A stretch of DNA of 61,576 bases, counting the filler, from a bacterium (GTDB lineage Bacteria > JAMOTN01), in the NCBI GenBank assembly GCA_027062325.1. It is 6 parts of 6 records of this genome, joined end to end, with 100 filler letters (N's around TTAATTAATTAA, not from the genome) between each part and the next. Parts side by side here need not be neighbours in the genome. Positions count along the whole stretch, not along the records: positions 19,513 to 25,405 come from JAMOTN010000048.1; positions 25,506 to 56,332 come from JAMOTN010000049.1; 4 more parts are not named here. One strand, 5' to 3'. Below the pieces are notes generated by a model. It saw nothing but the letters and a program-made list of their open reading frames with translations, was not told where the DNA came from and did no database searches. Below are positions 20,889 through 29,865 of the stretch, one piece after another. The stretch's first letter is position 1; the number at the start of each line of letters is the position of its first letter. The position numbers were made by a program, and so were the translations under genes.

Positions 20889-21971
20889 TTACTCTGCCAA
20901 ATCCAACTCAATCACTTCTCCTCTCTTTGCCCATATCCAAACATCCCTTATAAGTGCCTTCCTAACGCGATTTTTAAAGGCAGCATGGGGTATATGAACC
21001 TTCAAATGTACTAAACCTTCCGGCACATCTTTTATTATCCACTCACCAGCAGAATCTGTAACAGCATGTTTTTCCCCAAATTCAATCATTGCCCCTTCAA
21101 CAGGGTAACCGTTGAGCTTCAAAATACCCCTTAGTTCAACTAACTCATCGTTTTGAGAAGGAATGCTGACTTGAGTCATCTTTATCGTAAATATCCTATT
21201 TTTAGAAGAAACACGTATCACATCAGCAACCGCCCAATCCTTATACGTAACCTCAACCAAATAACTCCCAGAAACTAAGTTAAAATTCACCATGCCCCTC
21301 TTTCCCGTAACCTTCTCAATCTCTCCTATTCTAACAACAGCCCCATTTACAGGCTTCAAATTTCCTTCCACAACACAAATCTTCACAGGCAACAGTTCCC
21401 CTGCTTTCTTTAAACGTACATCCAAACTCAAGTTTGAGGATAAAAACAGAGACTTACGATATGGAATATAACCCAGACTTGAAACCTCTATCTCGATTTT
21501 CTGAGGACTAATACCAGAAAAATAAGCAACCCCACTCTTATCTGTATTAACTATCCATTTACCACTTTCTCCTTTTACCTCAACTTTGGCATGAATCAAC
21601 GGCTCATCTGTAAAGTAGTCTCTTACTAACACTGCAAGTTTAAGCTTTACTTTCTTTCTTTTGAGTTTTACCAAAAAACTATTTACTCCCTCCGACACAC
21701 TTACCATGTTCAAATAGGTGTAAAACGAAGGAGCTGTCACCTTCAAAAGATGTTTTCCCGGAGTCACATCTACAATTCTAAAATTTCCATTTTCATCAGT
21801 CATTATATAAAAATTCTGAATATATACAGAAGCCCCTACAACAGGAGTACCAGACTTATCAACCACAACCCCTTCTACAACTGCTGAAAAAGCAATCAGA
21901 GGCAATAGAATTGAAAAACATATAAACAAAACAACAATTATCCTAAACTTTGGCCAACAACCATGCGGCAA
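20889..21971 (-). CDS. Exported protein with tandem carboxypeptidase-regulatory-like domains
   Basis: GVVVDKSGTPVVGASV...TDENGNF, EPLIHAKV...TDKSG, PVEGA...TDSAGEW repeats. Confidence 0.75.
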   Translation of the reverse strand: MPHGCWPKFRIIVVLFICFSILLPLIAFSAVVEGVVVDKSGTPVVGASVYIQNFYIMTDENGNFRIVDVTPGKHLLKVTAPSFYTYLNMVSVSEGVNSFLVKLKRKKVKLKLAVLVRDYFTDEPLIHAKVEVKGESGKWIVNTDKSGVAYFSGISPQKIEIEVSSLGYIPYRKSLFLSSNLSLDVRLKKAGELLPVKICVVEGNLKPVNGAVVRIGEIEKVTGKRGMVNFNLVSGSYLVEVTYKDWAVADVIRVSSKNRIFTIKMTQVSIPSQNDELVELRGILKLNGYPVEGAMIEFGEKHAVTDSAGEWIIKDVPEGLVHLKVHIPHAAFKNRVRKALIRDVWIWAKRGEVIELDLAE

Positions 21972-22027
21972 CTATCTACCACCTTCCTGACTATTTTTAA
22001 TCCCCCCACATATAAAAATTAGCTAAG

Positions 22028-22519
22028 CTAATCAACAGCTATTCCTAAAATCAACCTTCCATGATCACTCAAAAGAGGTATCACCAATGGTGGCTTTGCA
22101 AATCCCCTAAGATTAAGCTCTTTGCCTACAATAACAGTTGGCGGAGTAAAATCCAAATTAATATTTTGCTGGGAAAGTGTAGTCATAGCATTTCCTACTA
22201 TCATATTTCCCAACTCTCCAAGCGCACTTTGAGCTAAGCTATTTAAATTCTCTAATTCTGAAGGATCCATCATCAACATAGATGCTGCCACGAATTTAGC
22301 TAAGTTCAAATCAAATTTTAAAAGTGATCTTCCCTTGCTAACTCCTAAAAATCCCAAAATTACTATAGCCACTTCTTCAGGCTGAGGATCGTAAAACTCT
22401 ACCGCATCTTCTTTTATAGTTCCATAAGAAAACTTGAGTTGAGGTACAACTTGAGGCAATACCGTCACAGTCGCCTTAACAAAAGCTTTTATTATCTCTT
22501 TGCTGTCTACTCCAGCCAT
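22028..22519 (-). CDS. cheX: Chemotaxis phosphatase CheX
   Basis: SALGELGNMIVGNA active-site motif, TPPTVIVG, length about 160 aa. Confidence 0.88.
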   Translation of the reverse strand: MAGVDSKEIIKAFVKATVTVLPQVVPQLKFSYGTIKEDAVEFYDPQPEEVAIVILGFLGVSKGRSLLKFDLNLAKFVAASMLMMDPSELENLNSLAQSALGELGNMIVGNAMTTLSQQNINLDFTPPTVIVGKELNLRGFAKPPLVIPLLSDHGRLILGIAVD

Positions 22520-22761
22520 TTAGCTTATCACTCCTTACTTTCATCATTTTCATTTTTACAAATCAAGCTACTTTTCAAATTCCAATATCATCTGATAACA
22601 GCATTTTACTAGACTCAACTATTAAAAATTCAGCTAAAATAAAATTAACAGAAGATTAGTAAAAAGTAAAGATTATCCAATGATGTAGATAGGCTTTACT
22701 TGACGCATATTTTGTTTTAGGATTTTCTAATGAAAAAATTAGAAGGAGTGAAACAGAAAGA

Positions 22762-23754
22762 ATGTGGCTGTTTGATCTAGGAACAACTACTATAAAATAC
22801 CGAAAAAGAGGAAGTTTGAACACAATGAAAATTCCAAATCCCTTGATGAGATTTGGTTCAGATGTGTTATCACGTGTATCCAATCTTCTCAAACGAGAAA
22901 AAAAAGCTCAGGAAATCATAATGGATACCATCACAGAAATTGTTGAAAACTCAGCATTAATAGCTTCAAATACCATTAACACGTTTATGCTACGAGGATT
23001 GGAGTTATCACCATTAACCGTCTTCCCCTACGGACAAAAACTTGGGACTTCAATAATAACTTACAACAACAAGAGGATCATCTCCCTTGCAACCCTAGAA
23101 GGCCCTGTCGGCAGTGATAGTGCAGTAGTAGATTGGTTTATTCAAAAAAGAGCTAAAGATCTTCCTATTCTAAAGATGGATTTTGGTACAAATATCGAAA
23201 TATCGTTTATCGAACGAGACTTTGTGTGGACTACCAGTGTTCCCGGTGGGAGTGTTTTTTCTCAAGGAGCAGCTCTTGCAGGAGATATACAGATAATATC
23301 ATGGCTTAATCATCTACTTTCGGAATTATTAAAGGGCCACGTATCAAGAGATGGCACAATTAATTTTGGCGATGCAACCATAAATCCTGCAACGTGTAAA
23401 GCTTTCATGCTAGCAAAAGCTGCTATTCAAACTGCAATAGAGGAACTTAAAGATATTTCTGGGATTATCCCTAAAAAATTGTTGCTCGTAGGAGATTTGG
23501 GTATGAAGCTTGAACCAGCCATCCTTATAGGGCTGGGGCTTGTTCCCTCAAATCTTACAATCGAAAAACTAGAAAACGCCATACTAAAAGCCCTTGAAGA
23601 GCTTTCTCACTCTATTGAAGAAGATTTAGAACTTCTTGACAGATGGATCGACAAAAAAGTAAATTACATAAACTTTGCCGACAAATCCTTATCAGATTCA
23701 CGCTTCAATGACAAATTTTTAAAGAATATGAACTTTCATTTCTACACCGTTTAA
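22762..23754 (+). CDS. ASKHA-fold protein, reduced RACo/DUF4445-like
   Basis: DLGTTT, NP...FGSDVLSRV, GPVGSD, DFGTNIEI and LAKAAI match reductive-activator-of-corrinoid family motifs; no N-terminal Fe-S domain. Confidence 0.65.
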   Translation: MWLFDLGTTTIKYRKRGSLNTMKIPNPLMRFGSDVLSRVSNLLKREKKAQEIIMDTITEIVENSALIASNTINTFMLRGLELSPLTVFPYGQKLGTSIITYNNKRIISLATLEGPVGSDSAVVDWFIQKRAKDLPILKMDFGTNIEISFIERDFVWTTSVPGGSVFSQGAALAGDIQIISWLNHLLSELLKGHVSRDGTINFGDATINPATCKAFMLAKAAIQTAIEELKDISGIIPKKLLLVGDLGMKLEPAILIGLGLVPSNLTIEKLENAILKALEELSHSIEEDLELLDRWIDKKVNYINFADKSLSDSRFNDKFLKNMNFHFYTV

Positions 23755-23757
23755 TGA

Positions 23758-23786
23758 TTGAAGTGAAGTCGATATTGGTGTAAAAT
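23758..23786 (+). promoter_or_regulatory. Sigma-70 promoter for tRNA-Ser/SRP RNA
   Basis: TTGAAG (23758-63), 17-nt spacer, TAAAAT (23781-86). Confidence 0.6.
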
Positions 23787-23822
23787 AATAGTGCTACTGA
23801 AAGTTTTGTCAGTTCCTGGTGC

Positions 23823-23912
23823 GGAGAGGTGCCTGAGCGGCCGAAGGGGCTCGGCTGGAAACCGAGTGTACGCGAATGCGTACCGCGGGTTCAAATCCCG
23901 CCCTCTCCGCCA
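23823..23912 (+). tRNA. tRNA-Ser (anticodon GGA)
   Basis: Acceptor stem GGAGAGG/CCTCTCC, anticodon arm CTCGG-CT GGA AA-CCGAG, long variable arm, GGTTCAAATCC T-loop, encoded CCA. Confidence 0.96.
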
Positions 23913-23924
23913 TTAGCAAAAAAT

Positions 23925-24198
23925 GGACCGTGCTATGCCGGGGGGAGTAGCGTCCCCCTGTAACCTGCAGCTAAAGCAGGGGCGAATAGCCTGCTTGAGG
24001 GCTTAGGGCTGTTAGTCAGGATTACCGTTCTCAGGCGCTGAAGTTCAGGTCCTGCGCGACAAGGGGGTAGTGAACCCCGCCAGGCCCGGAAGGGAGCAAC
24101 GGTAAGCTACTTCCCTTGGGCGCCGCAGGTCAACCTGGATGGAGCCTGAGGCGGTAAGCACCGGCTGACAGTCCGGCTCGAAGCAGGTTGCACGGTCC
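23925..24198 (+). ncRNA. ffs: Large bacterial SRP RNA (Alu domain + S domain)
   Basis: 5' GGACCGTGC pairs with 3' GCACGGTCC; Alu-like GGGGAGTAGCG..CCCTGTAACCTGCA; domain IV CAGGCCCGGAAGGGAGCAAC; 274 nt long. Confidence 0.93.
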
Positions 24199-24253
24199 TT
24201 AATTTTTATTGAGAGCGTAGCTTACATAACTCTTTTAGCAGGAGTTGGTCAAC

Positions 24254-25405
24254 ATGTTTGAAAAGCTGACATCACAGTTTTCAAAACTCATCTCAAAAGT
24301 TACAGGGAAAAAGTTTTTAGATAAATCTAACATCAAAGAAGCTGTGAAAATGGTCAAAAAAGCTCTTGTGGCAGCTGATGTTAACTTCAAAATTGTGCGT
24401 GACTTCATCAAAAAAGTTGAAGAGGAAGCTGTAGGAACAGCAGTCGTTGACGGTGTAACCCCAAGCCAGATGTTTGTAAAAATTGTATATGACAAACTCG
24501 TTGAACTTCTTGGGAACTATAAAGCTGATTTAAACTTAGAAGCAAAACCATCCTACATAATGATGCTGGGCCTTCAAGGTTCAGGTAAAACCACAACAGC
24601 AGCAAAGCTGGCAAAGTTTTTAAAGGATGAAAAAGGTAAGAGAGTTGCTCTTTGTTCGGCAGACATCTATCGTCCTGCGGCTATCGAACAACTTAAAACT
24701 CTCGCTGAACAAGTAGGAGTCGATTTTTATGGAACAGCAGACAAAGACGCAATATCCAATACGTATGATTTCAAAGATCTCGCCAACTCTGGAAAGTACG
24801 ACATTATTATCGTTGATACAGCAGGTCGCCTCCATCTAGACCAAGCGATGATGGACGAAGTTGCTCAAATGTCAGAAATCTTACAACCGCAAGAAAAGCT
24901 GCTCGTCGTCGATGCTATGACAGGTCAAGAAGCAGCAAAAGTTGCTAAGGAATTTGAAAACAAAGTTGGAATTACTGGAGTCATAGTCACTAAAATGGAT
25001 GGTGACGCAAGAGGCGGTGCTATCATATCTGTTACTGCAACGATTGAAAAACCTGTCAAATTCATAGGAATTGGCGAAAAAATAGATGCACTTGAAGAAT
25101 TTTATCCCGACAGAATTGCCTCTCGAATCCTTGGAATGGGAGATATAGTGTCGTTAGTTGAGAAGGCTCAAAAGGTCGCAACTGAAGAGTATGTCAAGAA
25201 AATGCAGGAGAAGATCAAAAAGCTTGATTTTGATCTTAACGACTTTTTGGAGCAGCTGCGCCAAGTCAAGAAAATGGGTTCATTATCTCAAATCTTTCAA
25301 ATGATTCCAGGTATTGGATCACAACTTGATGAAAATACTCTCACTCAAGCAGAGAAGGAGTTCAAAAAAGCAGAGGCTATAATAAATTCAATGACTCCCC
25401 AAGAG
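24254..25405 (+). CDS. ffh: Signal recognition particle protein Ffh, partial
   Basis: ALVAADV, GLQGSGKTTT, DIYRPAAIEQL, DTAGR, TKMDGDARGGA, RILGMGD, M-domain; truncated at the spacer. Confidence 0.97.
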
Positions 25406-25505
25406 NNNNNNNNNNNNNNNNNNNNNNNNNNNNNNNNNNNNNNNNNNNNTTAATTAATTAANNNNNNNNNNNNNNNNNNNNNNNNNNNNNNNNNNNNNNN
25501 NNNNN
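25406..25505. other. Artificial contig-joining spacer
   Basis: N-run + TTAATTAATTAA + N-run. Confidence 0.98.
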
Positions 25506-26216
25506 TACGATCTTCTTAGATACAGCCACTATTCCGAAAAATCCTGAATTTGCATCAGGATAAAGCGCCGATCTAAAAAATGGTCTAGTTTTTACAAGTT
25601 TTTCCTCTTCATATATCGGCTCTCTATAAACAACAACTCCTGTTCTCTCGTATGAATCAAAAGAAAATCTATTGGAAGACGTAAAATCTTCAAGACTCTG
25701 TTTTAACTTCATCCAAAAGCTCTCGGCCGAATTTTCGTCATTAATTTCTGCATCACTCCCATCAATCATCTCTAATAACTCAAGCAATTCGAAAATTTTA
25801 TCAAGTGCTTCCATACTGACGTATTTTATTTTCTTCAGTTTTTTTTCAAGAACTCTTAAGTTAATCAAGAGATGTGAGAATCTTTCTTTTTTCCCAAAAC
25901 AATAAATACTTCTATTTAAAGCTTCGCCTGCTTTGTAAAATTGGGTCCATATTGTTTCCATAAATAACCTATTTACCGGAAAGTAAAAATTGCTACCATT
26001 AAACTTGAACAGATTCGTTGTAAGCAAGTTGTTACGTAATTTTGTTGCAATATCTTCACCAAACTTATTTGCCATTTCATCTACTATGAAGGAATAAAGT
26101 ACATTTGAGGTCACTTCTTCTTTTTCAATTGCCCAATCTTTCCCACTCTTCTGTCCAAACCTTACAGGGGTTGAAAACACTAGCTTAAAGAGATAACACT
26201 TGTACATCACCTTCAC
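25506..26216 (-). CDS. csm4: Type III CRISPR RAMP, Csm4 (Cas5 group)-like, partial
   Basis: KLVFSTPVRFG, SNVLYS (SDTLFS-like), FYFP, KKLKKIKYVS, R..V...R, PFF and SGFF motifs in Csm4 order; lies immediately after cas10. Confidence 0.7.
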
Positions 26217-26231
26217 CTCTGTTTTTTATTT

Positions 26232-29200
26232 TTATCCCCAATTTTTAAATTCCGCGTGTTCCCTTTTAATTTGTAAAGAAAAGTTGAGAAGGGATACTAA
26301 AATACTCATGTAATAATGAATTGGCATATCTTTTGAAGATTTCTCTTTCTCATCAGCCACAGTCTCTGAAACAATATAATTTTCTTCATTTAAGAGAAGA
26401 TTTTCCAGTAGCTTTTCAATAAATGCATGCATATACTTCATAAGTTTTTGTGCACGTTCTCCTCTCCTTTTTAAAGCACGTCCTAAAGAGTACTTCATAC
26501 GATATAACAGAAGCGCTATCTCTTTGATGACTTTATTCCGTAGAATTGCTATCTCCTCGCTAGACAACGACGAAAACATAATCGTTTTACGAAAAGTATG
26601 AATGTAATCTAAAATTTTATGGCACATTTGCAAAAATCGGTAATACCTTCCTGAAATTTCCTCCTCGGTCAAAGCCGTTTTCCAAACCACATGAGCAAAA
26701 TTTTGAATATGGCGTTCATACAACTCAGAGGAAGTAAAGTAGTCAGTGTCAGCCAAAAATTTATCAACGATACTCTCCACTTCTTCTGTTCCTACAAATT
26801 TTTCGAAAGTAAACAGATCTATAACCCCAACAGAATTAGCTCCCAAATTAATTCCTAAAGGAGCATACAATCCATTCGCATTAACATAACCTGACTTATC
26901 AGTAACAGCATAAGCAGTATTGCACTCTTTGTAGAAATAATCTTTAGCAGTTTTTTCTCCTTCCTGAGCTCTTTCGTACAATTTTCTCACAGGATAGGTT
27001 GGTTTAGCCCAGCTAAAACCTGCAGACAGAGAAAGTTTCCCTAAACTATAACCTGCAAACATTTTACTTATCAACCACCCAGCAGTTAGCACATCCTGCC
27101 ACTTACCGAGTAAAAACACGTCGTCTCCTCCTGCAAACACAACATGTAACCTTAGATCAGGTACCACTAAAAACTTTCTTAGATTTTGCAAGAAAACTGA
27201 AAACTGAGAATCATCAAACGTTTGTCGCAAGAGAAAACTCAAAATAGGAAACTCTTTAGCATCTAATCCAGCTAACCGACTAATTTCAGAACCTTTAGAA
27301 ATCAAATTTTTTAGTTCATCTAAAACCTGCTTAACTACCAATTTAAAAAAGTTTTCTAAATAACGAGAAAATGACAGGAACCCACTCAATCTACCTAAGA
27401 AAACTTTTTCGTTTGACAATCCACTTGATAGTATTCCCTCGCAAAACTCCCCAAAGTACCTCACAATAGATCCCAACGAGTTAACATCAAGTAACATTAT
27501 AGCGTACCTTGAAAAAACATTAGTGCTTGAAACAACACTTTCAGAAGCTCCTGAAACCAACACACAAAGATCAGCTATTGGCTTCTCAATTACAAGGTAT
27601 GCAGAGGTCTTATCGTCATCCTCAATTTTCTTAATAGAGCCATTCCCAGCGTTATCTGGGCTATTGCTCTCATCAGCTATTTTTTGGAAACTTACAAAAT
27701 CGTTGTACTTGAGAGGTACAATTAACTTTTCCTCAGATTCATCTTCTTCTATAGCTTCTTGATTCATAATTATAAACTCCCCCAAACTTTCTTTTTCCAC
27801 CTCAAGGGATGTATAGTTGACTATCTCCACTCCTACTCCCAGCTCACCCACCAACATCTCTATTACATCTTGCTGAAAGTTTTTACTCCTCAATTTAACC
27901 GTAAAACTTTTCCCTTCATTTGCAAACTCCTTCAGTCTTTTAGCAGTATTGAAAACACTTTTACACGAAAAACAAACCTCATCTTCAACATCAGAAGTAG
28001 AACAAAACTCCTTTCCACATAGCTCACAGCTGTTCACAATACAATCAAACTTAATCACATTTTCTGCAACGTAAGAAGCATAATTTTCTTCAAATAAAGG
28101 CTGTGATTCTGATTGAAGTGATAAATCAATCAAAGATTTTGAAAATAACATTTCACTATGCGGATAAAATCTTTCAAACTCTCCATTAGCTTCACAAAAC
28201 TCCCCAACCATCTTAAAAGCCCTGGCTGCTTCTATACCTTTAGAAAACGCCCACGAATATTTAAGTTCAAACCCTTTTCTTTTAAAGCTTAATAAAATTG
28301 AGTAAAGTTTATTTGAAAAAATTCTTTTCAAGCCCTCACTTACTTCATCTTCCGACTCAGCTCCCCTATAAACGAGCAAAGTCATTTTACCAGCTCCAGC
28401 CGAAAGTAGACTGCAAGGATTGTGGAGATTGGGAATAGATTGAGAGGGAAAAGTTGACATCTCAACCAACAAAACCCCTACAAGTTTTATCACCAATTCA
28501 ATTAAGAAAGAGCGACTTTTTATATTCTTTAAAAATTTCTGATCAACCAAAGGAACTATGAAATTTTGAATTCCAGTTATGTCAACAACAAGTTGTCCTG
28601 CCCTCAACACAGGATTTTCAGGATTGGAAGAACCTTTGAAGTGACTAAACTTACTGTAGATCGAAGAAAGTTTCTTTAAAAGATCAGTACTTAAATTCGC
28701 AGAAGAAATTGCCTCTAAATCAAGACAAATTTTATCAATCAACTCTTTCAAATCAAATAAAAGATCCTCATGTGCAAGCAGATAATATGATATCAAAACA
28801 GATAAAGCCGCTGTACTCTTTAGATGATCGAATAAACTTATATTTACACGGCTCTCTTCTCGATCTTGATCATTGGTAAATTTACCAGAGGAACTCAAAG
28901 TAGAATCAGAGTTATCCTCAGAACAAGCGCTAGCCTCTTTCTTGATAAGGGTGCTCACAATATTTCCCGTGAACACTTCAAGTATTGCTTCAAAAAGCCA
29001 CCAATTTTTGTAAAGATTTTTAGTTCGGTGTTTAAGCAAATTCTCAAAAAAAGTAGAATAGCTTATCTCATTTTCTATTTCATTCATTGATTTATTCACT
29101 ATTTGAGGAAATGCTATAACACTTCCATTCTCAATTGGAAAAACTTTTGAACTGTGGTATTTCTTGAGATAAACAAGCAAATCATTATTCGAGGTTGAAA

Positions 29201-29717
29201 ATTCTACGCCTGGTGGAACCATGGGATCTACGAGAAAATCTCCTTGCAAAAGTTCCCTTGGAAAACTGCCAATACTTTCCCCCCTTTCCCCTGCCGATAA
29301 GTTATCTGCTTCATAAACAATAAATGGTATTAACATCGTAAGAATCTTTAATCGTTCCTCACTGAATTCAACTTTTGAAATACTATTCCAGTATTTTTTC
29401 AAACTCTCCACTTTTACAGCAATTTTTTCAAGAGGTTCATCTTTTCTCAAAGAGTGGTGCAACAATATAGTAGCCGACACCGAATTTACTAAAGCTTCTC
29501 TCCATTTTTCATCCAGTTCTAGCACATCCTCAAATAAATAATGAAGCTTTTGAGAAACAAATTCTGCAACTTCGCAACGGTTGTGACCTTTTTTTCTCTC
29601 CTTAACTGTCAGTTTCCCTATATCATGCAACATTGCCGAAAAAAACAGTGCTCTACGAAAAAAGTCAACTTCAAACTCTTTTTCTATCCACTTTCTTCTC
29701 ACCACATATCCCTCCAC
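26232..29717 (-). CDS. cas10: Type III CRISPR large subunit Cas10 (Csm1-like)
   Basis: HD nuclease LHDIGK...HH...EADNLSAGER; SLFDHLKSTAAL; Palm1 DITGIQNFI...KSRSF; Zn finger CELCG...CFSC; Palm2 DVNSLG, FSRYL..FF, VFAGGDDVFLLG, LSAG. Confidence 0.93.
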   Translation of the reverse strand: MEGYVVRRKWIEKEFEVDFFRRALFFSAMLHDIGKLTVKERKKGHNRCEVAEFVSQKLHYLFEDVLELDEKWREALVNSVSATILLHHSLRKDEPLEKIAVKVESLKKYWNSISKVEFSEERLKILTMLIPFIVYEADNLSAGERGESIGSFPRELLQGDFLVDPMVPPGVEFSTSNNDLLVYLKKYHSSKVFPIENGSVIAFPQIVNKSMNEIENEISYSTFFENLLKHRTKNLYKNWWLFEAILEVFTGNIVSTLIKKEASACSEDNSDSTLSSSGKFTNDQDREESRVNISLFDHLKSTAALSVLISYYLLAHEDLLFDLKELIDKICLDLEAISSANLSTDLLKKLSSIYSKFSHFKGSSNPENPVLRAGQLVVDITGIQNFIVPLVDQKFLKNIKSRSFLIELVIKLVGVLLVEMSTFPSQSIPNLHNPCSLLSAGAGKMTLLVYRGAESEDEVSEGLKRIFSNKLYSILLSFKRKGFELKYSWAFSKGIEAARAFKMVGEFCEANGEFERFYPHSEMLFSKSLIDLSLQSESQPLFEENYASYVAENVIKFDCIVNSCELCGKEFCSTSDVEDEVCFSCKSVFNTAKRLKEFANEGKSFTVKLRSKNFQQDVIEMLVGELGVGVEIVNYTSLEVEKESLGEFIIMNQEAIEEDESEEKLIVPLKYNDFVSFQKIADESNSPDNAGNGSIKKIEDDDKTSAYLVIEKPIADLCVLVSGASESVVSSTNVFSRYAIMLLDVNSLGSIVRYFGEFCEGILSSGLSNEKVFLGRLSGFLSFSRYLENFFKLVVKQVLDELKNLISKGSEISRLAGLDAKEFPILSFLLRQTFDDSQFSVFLQNLRKFLVVPDLRLHVVFAGGDDVFLLGKWQDVLTAGWLISKMFAGYSLGKLSLSAGFSWAKPTYPVRKLYERAQEGEKTAKDYFYKECNTAYAVTDKSGYVNANGLYAPLGINLGANSVGVIDLFTFEKFVGTEEVESIVDKFLADTDYFTSSELYERHIQNFAHVVWKTALTEEEISGRYYRFLQMCHKILDYIHTFRKTIMFSSLSSEEIAILRNKVIKEIALLLYRMKYSLGRALKRRGERAQKLMKYMHAFIEKLLENLLLNEENYIVSETVADEKEKSSKDMPIHYYMSILVSLLNFSLQIKREHAEFKNWG

Positions 29718-29754
29718 TAATTCAGTATCTTAGTACTCTCTTAAATTCATCCCT

Positions 29755-29791
29755 ATTATATAAGTTGTCACTTTCTTTCAAAACGTGACAA
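29755..29791 (-). promoter_or_regulatory. Putative cas10 promoter with palindromic operator
   Basis: Minus-strand TATAAT at 29755-60; perfect inverted repeat TTGTCAC-N13-GTGACAA (29765-29791) over the -35 region. Confidence 0.55.
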
Positions 29792-29865
29792 GCTTCAAAC
29801 ACCAATAATTCAACTACCAACAGATACACTACTACTAACAAAGCAAGATCAACTACTTTATAATT

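Noticed and set aside
23823-23912. tRNA-Ser as an integration site for an island
   Set aside because: No duplicated tRNA 3' end or integrase seen; the downstream sequence is the SRP RNA.
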